A stretch of DNA of 64,000 bases from Antedon mediterranea (taxonomy: Eukaryota; Animalia; Echinodermata), in NCBI RefSeq assembly GCF_964355755.1, contig NC_092671.1:7192001-7256000 (forward strand), in the 5' to 3' direction. A model generated the notes under the pieces. It made no database searches. It worked only from the letters and a program-made list of their open reading frames with translations, and was not told where the DNA came from. The translations under genes and the position numbers were made by a program. Positions 49,299-61,900 of the stretch are shown here, piece after piece (within the stretch, counting starts at the first letter, position 1; each line of letters opens with the position of its first letter).

Positions 49299-52200
49299 CT
49301 AGTTCTGGTCTCCTCCGCCTACTGCAATTTCAACACCTCGAATCTCTACAGCAACTGGCATATTATATTCATAACCACCTTTTGAACTCATCTGAGTTTG
49401 TAATGCATTTAACTGAAAGACAATAAATAATATTTCATGGATCAAACATTAATTTTAATTCCTTTTATTTGGCAATACAATTTAACAGTCAGAAGAGATT
49501 AGTATACTAAAGATACAGGAACTTCTAAAATTGGGTTTTTGTGGAAGCCAAGCCTGTAGCCTCCATTTGAAGTACCCTTTTCAGACAAGAGACTTTGCCT
49601 GAATACAACAAACATACAGTGAATCTGTTTGTTTTACCTTTAAGACACGTTATCGATAAAATTCTCATATGAATATTTCTTTAAATATTTATATTATTAT
49701 TAACTGTAGGTGTTCTAACTTTTATTAAGAAAAGTTAAAAGAATCATGAAAATGATGTTAAATATAGCTGATATTGCAACTTTTGAATTAGTTGAATTAT
49801 ACAATAAATATATTATTATACTTAAATGAAAATATCATATCAAATCCATAAAAAATATAGAATTAAACAAAATGGAAAACTTAAGTCAGGGGAAAATACG
49901 GCTATGCGAGGATACTTGCCTACCACTTATGAAGAAGACCAAAGTTTACAAGCTAATCTGAACAAGTGTACCTTGCCTATTTAGGTTAAATAACTAGTAG
50001 GAGTGTTAAAATGTATTTACTTCTTGGTCATGTACTCCCAGGATGTTATTAAGTCAAGTACCTGACGATGTTAAAACCTTTGCAAGGCCCCACCCAATTT
50101 TATGTCAGTACCATTAATCCAGTTGAATCATTCATATGTTGAGTATATTACAGTACAGTAGTATTGTTCTAAATAATATCTATATTGTTTGTGCATGGTC
50201 ACTGGCATAAAAAAAAATAAAATATGATTACTGAATCTAATATCATAACTTACACACAGGGAGTTTCCCCCCAACCAACAAGCAAAATTGTTTACGATTT
50301 TAAAAATAATGTTTAATGACTAGTAACTTATACTTAGGAAGTTAATTAACATAGATAATTGGTTCTAATACAAATAATGAATGATTTTATACTTAATTAA
50401 TTTATTTTCATGTATGATTTTAAATTATGAAATTCACAGACTCGAATGCTGATAGGAAGTGAGTCAAGTCACATGGTCTTGTTTTGCAAGTATTAAGATT
50501 GATATCATACCTGCATTAAAACATAAAGCTGTGTCATGATATACAGGTCACTAGTATTAATAGCAGTTACGAAATTTACTATACCCCTATTTCACTTAAT
50601 TATTTTCAATTCTGCTAATATATTTTATACGTATAAGTTTTGTTTGAATGTTGTTAACTGTTTTTGCCTACATTTTTACATATATGCATGTATTTTAACT
50701 TTTGCATTGTAAAATGTTACGGTTTCAGCATTCTGGCTATTTGTGTCGTAAGGTGATTTCCCGATTAATCGTACGAACAAACGGTACTGGGTATGATCAA
50801 CTAGCGTTCGTGTTCCCACCTAATCATCCATTCATAGAAGTACTGATGAAGATATCAATCTGTGGCGACAATAGAATGGACCCGAGACCTGGCTATCTTC
50901 GACTTTTAAATAATAGAAAGTTTAGAAAACATTTTTTGTTAAACTAGAAATGTACGTTGTATGTATATAGAAAAATGGTTGTAGTTTTCAAAATTACGTT
51001 GTATAAGTTGCGATGTGAAAAACTGAATTAGTATTATATCAAATTTGTTTATTAATTTTTTTTAACAAAAAAACATTTTTTTATTTTGTATTAGATGGTA
51101 ATATAATACTCGTCAGAAAGCATTAACTTTATATTTTTCTTTCTTTTATTAGGGTATGATGTGAAATTTATCCTTCTTCTCAAAAAGAAAGTACATAAAC
51201 CCTATAATACATTCCTTTAAGCTTTATCTACACTAACAAACTTTATGTGGCAAATAAAATGTGATGTGCCCATATATGGACATGATGATGTCATATCACT
51301 ACATATTTGAGCACATCATACTTTTTTTGTCAAACTAGTTTGATAGTGTAGACAGAGCTTAAGACTTACTCCTTGATTACCAGAGGTGGACATTTCTCCT
51401 GATCCTATATGACCTGTGTGCCTAAAATCTGTTGGAAGTCCTATCATACTTCTGTCGATGTGTCGCCTCCTCTTCTGTAAAGAAAATGCAAAATTAAACA
51501 GGCTGTTAATTACTATTATTGTGAATCCGACAGTGACAATGGTATCAACATGGAAACTACGATTTGGCACTAATTAATATCTCTGGATGACACTCTAAGA
51601 CGCTTAAAATAAAATAATGTCTGGATGACACTTTAAGATGCTCAAATAAAATAATGTCTGGATGACACTCTAAGATGCTTAAAATAAAATAATGTCTGGA
51701 TGACACTTTAAGACGCTAAAAATAAAGTTGAAACTAAGAGATAGTAGTACACTACTGTAATACTGTATGTTTATTTGGAAAATTGGAAATTCTAGTTTTG
51801 GGCAAATATCAAATACCATTGGAGACTAATTTTGGAAAAGTTGATTGTAGTACTACAATAGGCTATCAACCAATAAAAAGGCATTGTTCAGGTGAAATCC
51901 AGATACTTGGATACATACAGTACTAAACAATTTATAAATTGAAAGGAGAAAAAGAGTTAAATAGTTTTCACATGCCTTTGTAAAGTATGACTCCAGACAC
52001 ATTGTGACCTTATACTACACCTAACATTAACAATGATATTAATAACAACACATAAATTATGAGGCCTGTATTTGGCTGTACTGTACCTGCGTCAAGTCAA
52101 TCCCCTTGAGAGATTTAGGCAGACAACTGCGGCATATTACAGTACTGTTATAATGTGCATGTAGATCATGCGACTACATTGGCACAGAACTGAGTCACAC

Positions 52201-55200
52201 TGTAGTGCCAGTAATGTTTAAAATAAGAGGCAAAGATTTGATAACTGATTTAGATTTATTAGTCTAATTAATTTCAGACAAATTTTATTGTAGCATTGAT
52301 AATCTCAAAATAATACTGATACTATATGTTTCTCCAATCTTGAAATCTGAACCTAAAATAACATTATTTTCTAACTTTAACTATACTTTTAAGTTTTAGT
52401 ATCTAAATGGAGACGTTTTTAACTGAAAACAAATAATACTGTACTATATAATATGTTTCTCCGATCTTGAAATCTGAGCCTAAAATAACATTATTTTCTA
52501 ACTTTAACTATACTTTTAGTCTGCAAATGGAGAAGTTGTATTAACTACATCTGCCAGGTGCGTTGACTTGGATTGTTGTTTTAACCAGAGCTTGTACTTT
52601 AGGTTTGAAACAACTACAGGCTAAATGTAGCAAATACTGCTGGTACTTAGTGACTGGTGGTAATGCATTATAGGAAAGACAAGAGCAGTTAATACAGCCA
52701 TTCATTTTTCCTTTTGTCTAGTCAAGGTAAAAGACAAGGTCTGAGAAATTGTCATATTTGATATTCCATATAAGTTGATAATATTAGTTACACCCTGCTT
52801 GTTCACGGAATACGGGAAATATCTACGTTCTGGTTCCATATTCCATGAGGCCGAATGGAATATGGAACCAGAACGTAAATATTTCCCGTATTTCGTAAGA
52901 ACAAGCAGGGTGCAACGATTTTATCTCATAGATAAATATTCGATGGTTGAAATCATTTTTTGTATTTTTTTATTGGTCTAAGGTACATGCATGTAAAAGT
53001 TACCCACAATCTGGCCTTTGGCCACTAGTGGTAACTTGTGGCATGGTGGTTTTTATTGTTTATATGAAATAAAGAATAAATAAAATAAATAAATAATAAA
53101 TAAATCACAACTACGCATGCGCTCAACGATAAAAATACAATACATAAACAACGCGCGTAGAAACATCAAACCGGTAATACGGGATATATTACCCTTCTGA
53201 TCCGCTTGACTGAGTAAATGGGCGTAATACGGAATTATATCTCATACACATTGACCAATCGTATTACAGAATTCACGTACAACAAGAGATAACATGTAAT
53301 ATCTCTAATTCAAATGTTTCCAAAATTTATATTTCACAAGAAATATTATTTCCAATCAAATGATGCCATAATCAACAAGAACAATACAATCATATAAATT
53401 GTTTGTTCTTATTGATCATGAGATAATTTGACTTTACTTGTGATTTTTAAATAGTTTCATCAAAAACAGTATATACAGTAAATGTTTTTTGTTGCACTGT
53501 ATATTCAGGGCAAAGTTATATTTCACATACAAAACTAAAAATGAAACTAAAATGATACTATTATAATCAATATTACAATGTACAGTAGACTAGAAACTAG
53601 AAACGTCATTTAAAGATAATAATTATAATAAAGGCTAATATTAATAAAACAATTTTACCTTACTAACCTGAGGCCTAGGGGTGTGATGCCTGGACCACAG
53701 TCTACTTAACCAGTCCATTATCACAAAATAAATCCAAGTAAAAAATATCCGTAACAGTAATATTTAATTGTGCTTATTTACACTGTACTGTTTTAGTAGT
53801 CCTAATGAAAACCTCAAAACAATCACTGTCTTCTGTCTTTAGTTCTGTCAGCAAACTGATTACGCAGTCTTTATCGTGACTACCTTCGTTTGAAATGAAT
53901 CATAGGCCAGAAGGAAACATATGTAAATCAGTTCAACTGGAAACCACTATTTTTTAAACAGGGATATCAGCGATTCCAAGGTCTATTGTGAATTGAGATA
54001 GCAATTTTGAATTGATATTTCTATAAAAGGTGATATAGAAAAAGTATTAAAGGCTTATATAATTTAAAACAGATAATCGGAAATGCACACTAAAAGAATT
54101 TCTTTTCAAACAGCGAATTAGCTTTTCTACCAAGTTGAAAAATGTTATGGTACACGAAACATGACGTATGTAGAGAGTTTCTGCAGAAATATTGCAAATT
54201 ACAATACTGTCTAGATTGTAAAAAGTTTATGATCTTTATGAATTCGTTTGTTACTACATTCTGTACAAACTTTGTTTAATATGGTAATTACTGTACAAGG
54301 AGGTAATTTGACCATCACTCTCTTAAAAATAAATACAATAAAAAACCAAAATAAATAATATTAAGTATAATTTCCAAATTCTGCCAAGCGTTGTGTACTA
54401 AAATTCTATTTAAAAAGTTGTTTATGATCATGTAAAATGTTTTTAAAAGAAGGCAACAATGGCAGACATCCACAGGTTTAACATAAATAATCTTTAAATT
54501 TCATAACATTTTCAGTTTTTATGCAATTTCCTGATAAATTGTATAATAAAAGTTTGCAATGTGAACTCTTGAACTATACAGACAGCTATGTTGAAAACTG
54601 TATTGTGGCTGTCAGAGTGTCATTATGTGGAATTTGTTAATAAAAACATCATTGTATAAAGCTAAATATTTGTCAACTTCATCCTTAATACTACTAATCT
54701 GTCAACCAGAGAAGCACTTTACAGATAAAAATCTCTTTACAATCATCAGTAAATCAACCAAATATTTTCTCTGCATACTTACCACAACAATAGTATACAA
54801 ATAATAAATGATGAATAGAGAAGAGAATATTTATATGAATTGAGTAAATTATTTAACAAGGATGGAGGTGGAGTCAGGTTTATGACAGTCAGTCAAGCTC
54901 TCAACACATGGAAATACACTTCAATGAATACAAACATTATTTATGTTGTTCTAACTAGTGTAAGTAAACTTTTACTAAACAAATTGGCTGCTTCCATCTT
55001 GAATCAATGTCAAAGGAAGTCTAGGTCATACAAAAAGGCAGTGCTTCGAAATTGGCCGCAGAGTAGAACATTATGTTGAAAGTGCACATTACAGGTTGGC
55101 TTTCAAACACGCACAGCCACCAGCCTAAGAAAATCTTTAAATGATTACAAAAGGTGAAAGTGCAATAGTAGCATTATATATAAATTTTAATGTGCAATAG

Positions 55201-57964
55201 ACCTATACTGTTACTAACCATTAAATTGAACCATTACACTATTGAGAGTCATGTGATATGAAATCAACCAATCAAATGAAGATGTGCGTTAGTAATTGTC
55301 TAGTAGTTACTGTACTGTACAGAATGTACAGTACAGTATAAACACCTCAGACATACACTCATTCAAAATACAGTAATGAACAAATTGAGATTGTAATCAT
55401 TTTAATAACATGAATGAGATGTATGTGACTAAACTTCAGTTCCACTTTAGTTTGGATTAAGGATAGAAGCTGACACTAGTAGTCAATCCATCCTCAAAAA
55501 GTACACTTTAAGTTTATCACCAAATTACTGTGAAGTACTACAAAAACAATTCAATATTTTCACTTTATTCAAGTTCAAATATCATAGATGTATAAACAAA
55601 GATATTTCAAATGTCATATTTTCCAGGGGAGGATTTTAAGCTGGATGAATAAAATATTTCTGAAGGAAGCAAGATTTTATTTGTTGAATCATTTATTTTA
55701 TTTTTGCAACATGTGGATTTACACAAGTACTTTAATGACTTCCTTTAGATTGACTCACATGTGTCTCATGTCCGAGAAAACATGTCCAAGTAATAACAAC
55801 AAATCCCGTTTTTGGTATGGTTTTAATCATTTTTACAGTATGATGTCGACAAAATGAAAATAATAATAAACAAAGTTTTTTTATGATACATACAGCACTA
55901 TACAAGAATAGAGAGAGAGAAGGAAAAATGTCTTATGAGTCATAAACCATAATGTAATATTAATTACAATATCCACAAAACAGTTAACACCCATCTTCTT
56001 TATTCTCTGCTCATTTAAAATAATATCGAAACTACACTGTTCTCTATAAAAAAAATTTAATTGCTAATAAATAAACAAAAAATACATTGTGTACATTTAT
56101 TATTGTTCAACAATCTTTTCTAATGGCGAAGGATTTTAAATCATTTTAAATACTAACATAAGTATTACCGTATGCTTGTATGTTTGTGACAAGATCATAA
56201 TATGGCAAAATATTTGCAATAATGTGTACTGTATTACTTTGTAAAATTAAAAATCAAAGGCCACATTTATTTTCAAAAGGAAAATATCACTTGAAAGTTA
56301 TTAACCTTCTACAGTATTTGATTTTCACTTTCACTCCATGGATGATTCTTAAACACATGTTGATATTTTTACAATGACTTTTCACTATTTGTAAGTTTAC
56401 AGTACATAATATACTGTAACTCGTGCAATGTTCTCTCGAAAGCTGGTTTTGCCAGATATAAATTGGCTCCCAATCGGTTATAAAAATGGTGTCAACTAAT
56501 ATTTCCTAAAATAAATACTTGTCTAGTAGTTGTAGGCTACAGAGGGTATTACTTTTTTAATTGGATTTATAAGATAAGTACAATATATTATTATTACAGT
56601 ACAGTACTGGTCTCACTTCATTCTGTAGGGCAAATCAGGTCTTTTCCTTTGGGGTAAGTGAGTGGGATCACATTCCTAAACTGCCCTTGAGGAGTGCGAT
56701 TTATAACACACTTAAATTTGGTAAACTTCTACACACCAAAATACAAATGGCACATCTACATACAGCACCCCTGAATGTATTGAGGAGTGCAATTTGTAGC
56801 ACACCTAAAATTTTAAAAAGAAAAGGCCTGGCAAATGCTCTGTCTGATGTTTCACCTGCAATCCCAGTATAGGTTGAGATAAGACACAAAAGAATCAACA
56901 CACCAAGTACTGTACTGGGTGCAGGTCAAGTCGGCCCCAAACCGTCTCGGCCAAAGTCAAGTCGGCCCCACGTCAAGTCGGCCGCAAGTCAACTCGGCCT
57001 CAAGTCAACTCGGCCTCAAGTCAACTCGGCCTCACGTCAACTCGGCCAAAAACTAATCGGTCAACTCGGCCCCAATAAAGTATGGAACGCAAAAAGTGCT
57101 TAATATTATTACGATTCTTACTATCCACGTTTTAAAAAAAATGAAGAAATAAAAAATATAATATATAAAAAAATGAACTCATTGCCGATATGAATAGAAG
57201 TACCCGCGTGTTACAAAAAACACGTGTAGGTACCGTTTAGGAAATCGAAGACGGAGGCCTACCGTACTTTCCACCATTTGGCCATAGAAAAAGTGATCGT
57301 ACATCGTTTTTGTGCATGATTTGCGTTTTTAAAAAAGGGGAATCCCCCGGTCAGCGAAAATACGTAGCAGTTGTAGATATCGAAAAAGCTGGCAAACGCG
57401 CAGGGAGGCTCAGCTACGAAATTTTATTAAACGTAAATAAAGGAAAGTTGGTGAAATAATTCCTATTTTTTTTTGCTAAATATATTAGGCCTATTGTCTA
57501 AATAATAATATTCATTAAAAGTCAGAATTATTCATAGTTAAAAAATTGTGAAGAAATATTATTTTATCAATCCCTTCATTTGCACTTTTTGCGTTCCATA
57601 CTTTAACGGGGTTGAGTTGACCGATTATTTTTTGGCCGAGTTGACGTGAGGCCGAGTTGACTTGAGGCCGAGTTGACTTGAGGCCGAGTTGACTTGAGGC
57701 CGACTTGACTTGGGGCCGACTTGACTTTGGCCGAGACGGTTTAGGGCCGACTTGGATCGAAACCATTGGTAATGTATGGTATATTGGACCATATACAAAC
57801 ATTTCTTTGTACTGTTGCAGATGTATAAATCGAAAACTAAAGTATTGAATATCAAACACAATACCACATAGATTAATTAAATAACAAATAAAAATTGAAT
57901 TACTTACGGATGAAGGTGGTTGCTGGGCAACGCAGCATCCAAAACATATCCATAAATCACCCAT
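49299..57964 (-). CDS. CDC42SE: CDC42 small effector protein (SPEC), CRIB motif
   Basis: Coding exons 57964-57908 (MGDLWICFGCCVAQQPPSS), 51474-51370 (KRRRHIDRSMIGLPTDFRHTGHIGSGEM) and 49412-49299 (LNALQTQMSSKGGY...*). An intron follows the stop directly (acceptor ~48506). 5' UTR acceptor at ~58123, so the promoter lies further right. Confidence 0.93.
51220..51359. mobile_element. Abundant ~140-bp Tourist-like (PIF/Harbinger) MITE family; this is one of the best-preserved copies
   Basis: Consensus TIR AGCTCTGTCTACACTATCAAACT, TWA flanks, inner inverted TGTGATGTGCCC. Other copies: ~17334-17537, 31554-31717, 34810-34970, 38944-39076, 40204-40332, 41283-41410, 44705-44767 + 44769-44900, 48600-48740 + 48742-48890, 59739-59778 (partial). 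Confidence 0.85.
51582..51724. repeat. ~38-bp minisatellite x~3.7
   Basis: Unit TCTGGATGACACTCTAAGACGCTTAAAATAAAATAATG with small variants. Confidence 0.9.
52783..53292. mobile_element. Non-autonomous element with a long sub-terminal palindrome (possibly Crypton-derived)
   Basis: ~130-bp near-perfect hairpin at 52787-52916; other end ...ATTGACCAATCGTATTACAGAATTCACGTACAACAAGAGATAA. Family assignment and the right boundary are inferences. Confidence 0.5.
56926..57754. mobile_element. Foldback-type element with ~175-bp inverted arms built from 17-bp subrepeats
   Basis: Arms ~56926-57099 and ~57582-57754 are reverse complements; unit GTCAACTCGGCCTCAA(G); no clear TSD. Confidence 0.8.
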
Positions 57965-58270
57965 GACGTATACTACTAGTAAAAGTTCAAGTTAAAATTA
58001 ATAATATTGCTTATCCCTTCCTTATACTGTTTGTACTCCCCTTGTTTGTAGTATTGTCGTTCACATTCAAAACATTTTGGTCAAGATAATTTTTCTTTTC
58101 AATCTAGTCTATCAGCAACGTTCCTGCAAAGAACAAAAAAATGGATTTTATTTAATACCAACATTTGTATTGTTTTTCAAAGTTCAATTGGTGCATTTAT
58201 TAAAATTGAATTTCCTGGGTTATCCTCGAATAATGATTATTGCCGTCTATCTGAATTTGTAGGTTACTTA

Positions 58271-58902
58271 GACCCCATTTACACTTACGTTTGGGTCCAG
58301 GGCCGGTTGCAAATATTTACCTTTTAGGCCGGCCCCAGAGCGTTTACACTAGCGACACAGATTACTGGTCGTAAATAATTTTATCGGAAGTACCATTGCA
58401 TGCTGGGATACGAAGTACAGTTTGTTTACATTTTTCTCTCTCAATCGTCAATTCAACTCTCTCCGCGCGAACCAACCGTTTTATATTTATACTGTATTGT
58501 TGTTTTTTTGTCCCATTAAAAACAAAATGAACTCCACTGTTTTATATATAATATGGCTGTATTTTATGTATATGCGAAACAAGCGGAGGAATACTTTATT
58601 GAAAGAAGATGTCTGAAAATAAATTTAACTATATAAATGATGAAGAAAACAATTGTCGCCCGAAAAGGAGGAAGGCATGTACTGAAAATGTCGGATCGTC
58701 ATAACAACAACCTCATAAAAAGGTCAAACGTTGTTCACAGTTCACTGCGTAAGCCGGCCCAAACGTAAAAGCCGCTCCTGAACCTACCTGGAGAGGTGGC
58801 CCAGATCTGCGTCCGGCCCAGGGCCAGCCTAACTTTTTGGAGTATTTACACTTATCTATTGCCGACCCAGGGCCGGCCTAAATCGTAAGTGTAAATGGGG
58901 TC
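58271..58902. mobile_element. PIF/Harbinger non-autonomous element, 632 bp
   Basis: TIR GACCCCATTTACACTTACG / CGTAAGTGTAAATGGGGTC, TTA on both flanks, GGCCGG subterminal repeats. Confidence 0.85.
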
Positions 58903-61900
58903 TTACAGTATACACAGCAGTCCTTTGGGACTCTGTAGTGGATGCCTGATTCTGGGATGGTTCCCATTAGAGTACACAGGTTGCAGAAAACTGTACTGTT
59001 TCATTCTATTTGTAAATGTATTCCTTTTTTCGGGAATAGGCTATTGGTGGTTTATCTAGGTAAGCTAGGCATGAAATAGACCACATGATTTTGAGAATTT
59101 ATGTAAAATTTTTATTTATCCAGTGGTTTTTGTGAATAGCTTAATAGATTTGTACTCTGCTGCTAATAACAGCCGAATAGTGTTAAAAAATGTTGCAAAA
59201 AACACAGGATGGATCCGGGGTGAATAGTATTTGCAAGCTCCAGGGTTGTAATATATCTAAGGTATTTTCCTCTTCAAGGAAATATCAACCATTAAAAAGT
59301 GGACCCTTAAAAAGACAATTTCTGAAATTGTTCAATCAATGGTTTTATCATTTAAGCTCACGATTTTTCTGGTAAAGAGAGGAAAACATCAAAGGAGTGA
59401 GACTTGGTAGAGAAGTACAGTACAGAGAGGCAGCATACTATCCTTTAATGCTTGCATTTTTTTACGACATATATTAACTCATTGACCAGTTGGTATTTAA
59501 AAGAATTTCTATTTTAGAGTTTAGCCTACCCTGGGACTTCTGTTCAATTAATTAAACTCCAATGCTAAATCAATATTACATCAGTTTGACAATATTCTAC
59601 ATTCCCTTGAGGAATATGATTGGTATGCAATATAATATTATAAATAAACAAGCTGGCACTGAAATAATTTTGTGCGTAAGCAATATACTTTATCATGGTG
59701 GTCTATTTTGATACTGGATATTACTACAGTATAATGTAAAGCTCTGTCTACACTATCAAACTGGTTTGACAAAAAAAACAGAAGGGGAGCAATTTAGTGC
59801 TCTTCTGCCTTTTCCTTACGTGATGGACTGGAGACTACTATGAATTAAAAATTACTGTAGGTTAGCATTTCTCAAATGTCATTTAATACCACATGATGTA
59901 AATATTTCAAGTATTGGTACTCGATGTTATTCAATCAATTACCATTGCCTATTAAGATTCCAAAAGTTTATTGACCTTTATTATTATTATTATCACATAT
60001 AGGAAAAATTGAAAGTTGTTTTCTCTTTTTAAATAGCTGACCAATTACATACATGTGAATTTCAAACTGTTGATAAAGGTTGTGTGGTCCCATGTGGTAT
60101 AGAACAATTCCATGTCTAATTAATAATGGGCTACTGTACATGGAGATGAATCACTACAAACAATGAAATAGGATAATCAAATAATGTAATATTTTTGTTT
60201 ATATACGCCCCCTTCTTTTGGTACTATTGAACATTGTTCTAATAAATTAGCAAGAGTGACCTAATTTACTATAAAGTTATGTTTGACATGATACACATAT
60301 GAATTAAATATATTCAAAATGTAAAAATCTATGTCTGTATGAGCGCCGGGCAATACGTCGGGCAATACCACTGTCTTGGAAGGAGTTCAAGAAAATATTT
60401 TACTTTTCGGGTTATGTTCTCTCCTTGAAGGGCATAAGGCATTGTCGGTTTATCCAGGTAGGCTAAGACATATAATAGACACTGTATTATTGATTTTTAA
60501 TTCAAAAATTATTATTAATTATAAATCAGATTTAATATGTCCAATGGCACAGTAATTTGGATAGTAACACTCGTACTGTCAGCATTTAAAACAGCACTAA
60601 TACACTTTTTATTACACATTTTTATATTTAAATGGGCTGTACAGGCTGAAACCATTTGTAGTAAATGTTGAAATAACAAAAACGGTTTTGAGTTTGAAAA
60701 ATTAAAGATAAACAGAGGGAGACAGAAATGACCAACTTCCTTGTATAGGCCTCTCATTTCTAATTAATACCGTGGGCATAGCAAATAATTGCAGTACCGC
60801 CATGTATCATCAACTACAGAATGCTGTACTGTTTATAGTTAATCCCTGATGACTTGTTGTAAAACTAAAAGCAATCATTAAAGGTTAGGAGAAAAAATAA
60901 GTTGTGGTTTACAATCATACAAAACAAATAGGAGTCTATTTGTTACTGTTTGCTGAAGTAACTACCTACAGTAGGCCTGTACAGTAGAATGTTAAAAATA
61001 CTCTACAAGCCATCAAAGTGAACACATTTCTGAGAAAGATAGGTGAGGGATGTTGGGGGGTAAACAAGTAATAAATGTTGCATTGGTTGTGGGAATATCA
61101 ACATTTACTGTACACTACAGAGTCTTAGCAAACAGTACAGTTATTAGTATTACTGTCGTAGCAATACTACTAGTTAATATAAGTTAACATTATGAAATTC
61201 TTGGTAAGATAAAAATAGGGATTTCCTATAAATCACAAGTTAACTGCTTTGTCATTTCATAAAGTACATTATTACAGGACAAACATCTGTCTGCTGATCA
61301 GTAAAGAAAAACAAACATTGATATCATTCAGAAACCTGATATAGCTATAGGCATTGTAACCTGGAACCATACTACCCATGTACAGTACTGTGTAAGGGTG
61401 TTGCAACACAAATAAAAGTCAGCAAAGATACGGTTTTTAAAAGCATTCTGCAGCCGTGACTACACGCCCCTGACTAGACAACTTGCGTAAACACTAAAAA
61501 CGTACTTTATACTTACTAAAAATTACAATTCAATAAAAATAACATGTGATTTCAAAAGCAACACAACAAGTTAATGAGGCCAGACAGGTATAATAAACTT
61601 CCTTTATTCTACTAACTATTGTTTGACCACCAAAGCAGGACTAACCTTGCACAGGTACCAAGGCTAACAAACAATGGATTTTAAATGTTTACAAGATTTC
61701 CTACTATACAACAATATAAATGTACATAGTAACATGTGTATTTAGAACATGCAAACATATTGGAAAAGGATAAACAAAGTGTTAAGTTTGAATTGCATGA
61801 CAATATGTTTGTTTTGATATCCTTTTATAAAGCACCATGCTTGCTGTACTGTGGAAACAATGTGTTGGTAGTGTACAATTCAAGTGCTATAAGCTATAAA

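Noticed and set aside
50836-50905. Possible hammerhead ribozyme (CTGATGA-AGATA...TATCT-TCGAC)
   Set aside because: Lacks the invariant GAAA, and no stem I/III with a cleavage triplet could be built.
57515-57907. C-terminal part of the 149-aa ORF (SRPQVNSAS repeats)
   Set aside because: Read-through past the CDC42SE donor at 57907 into intron and foldback repeats.
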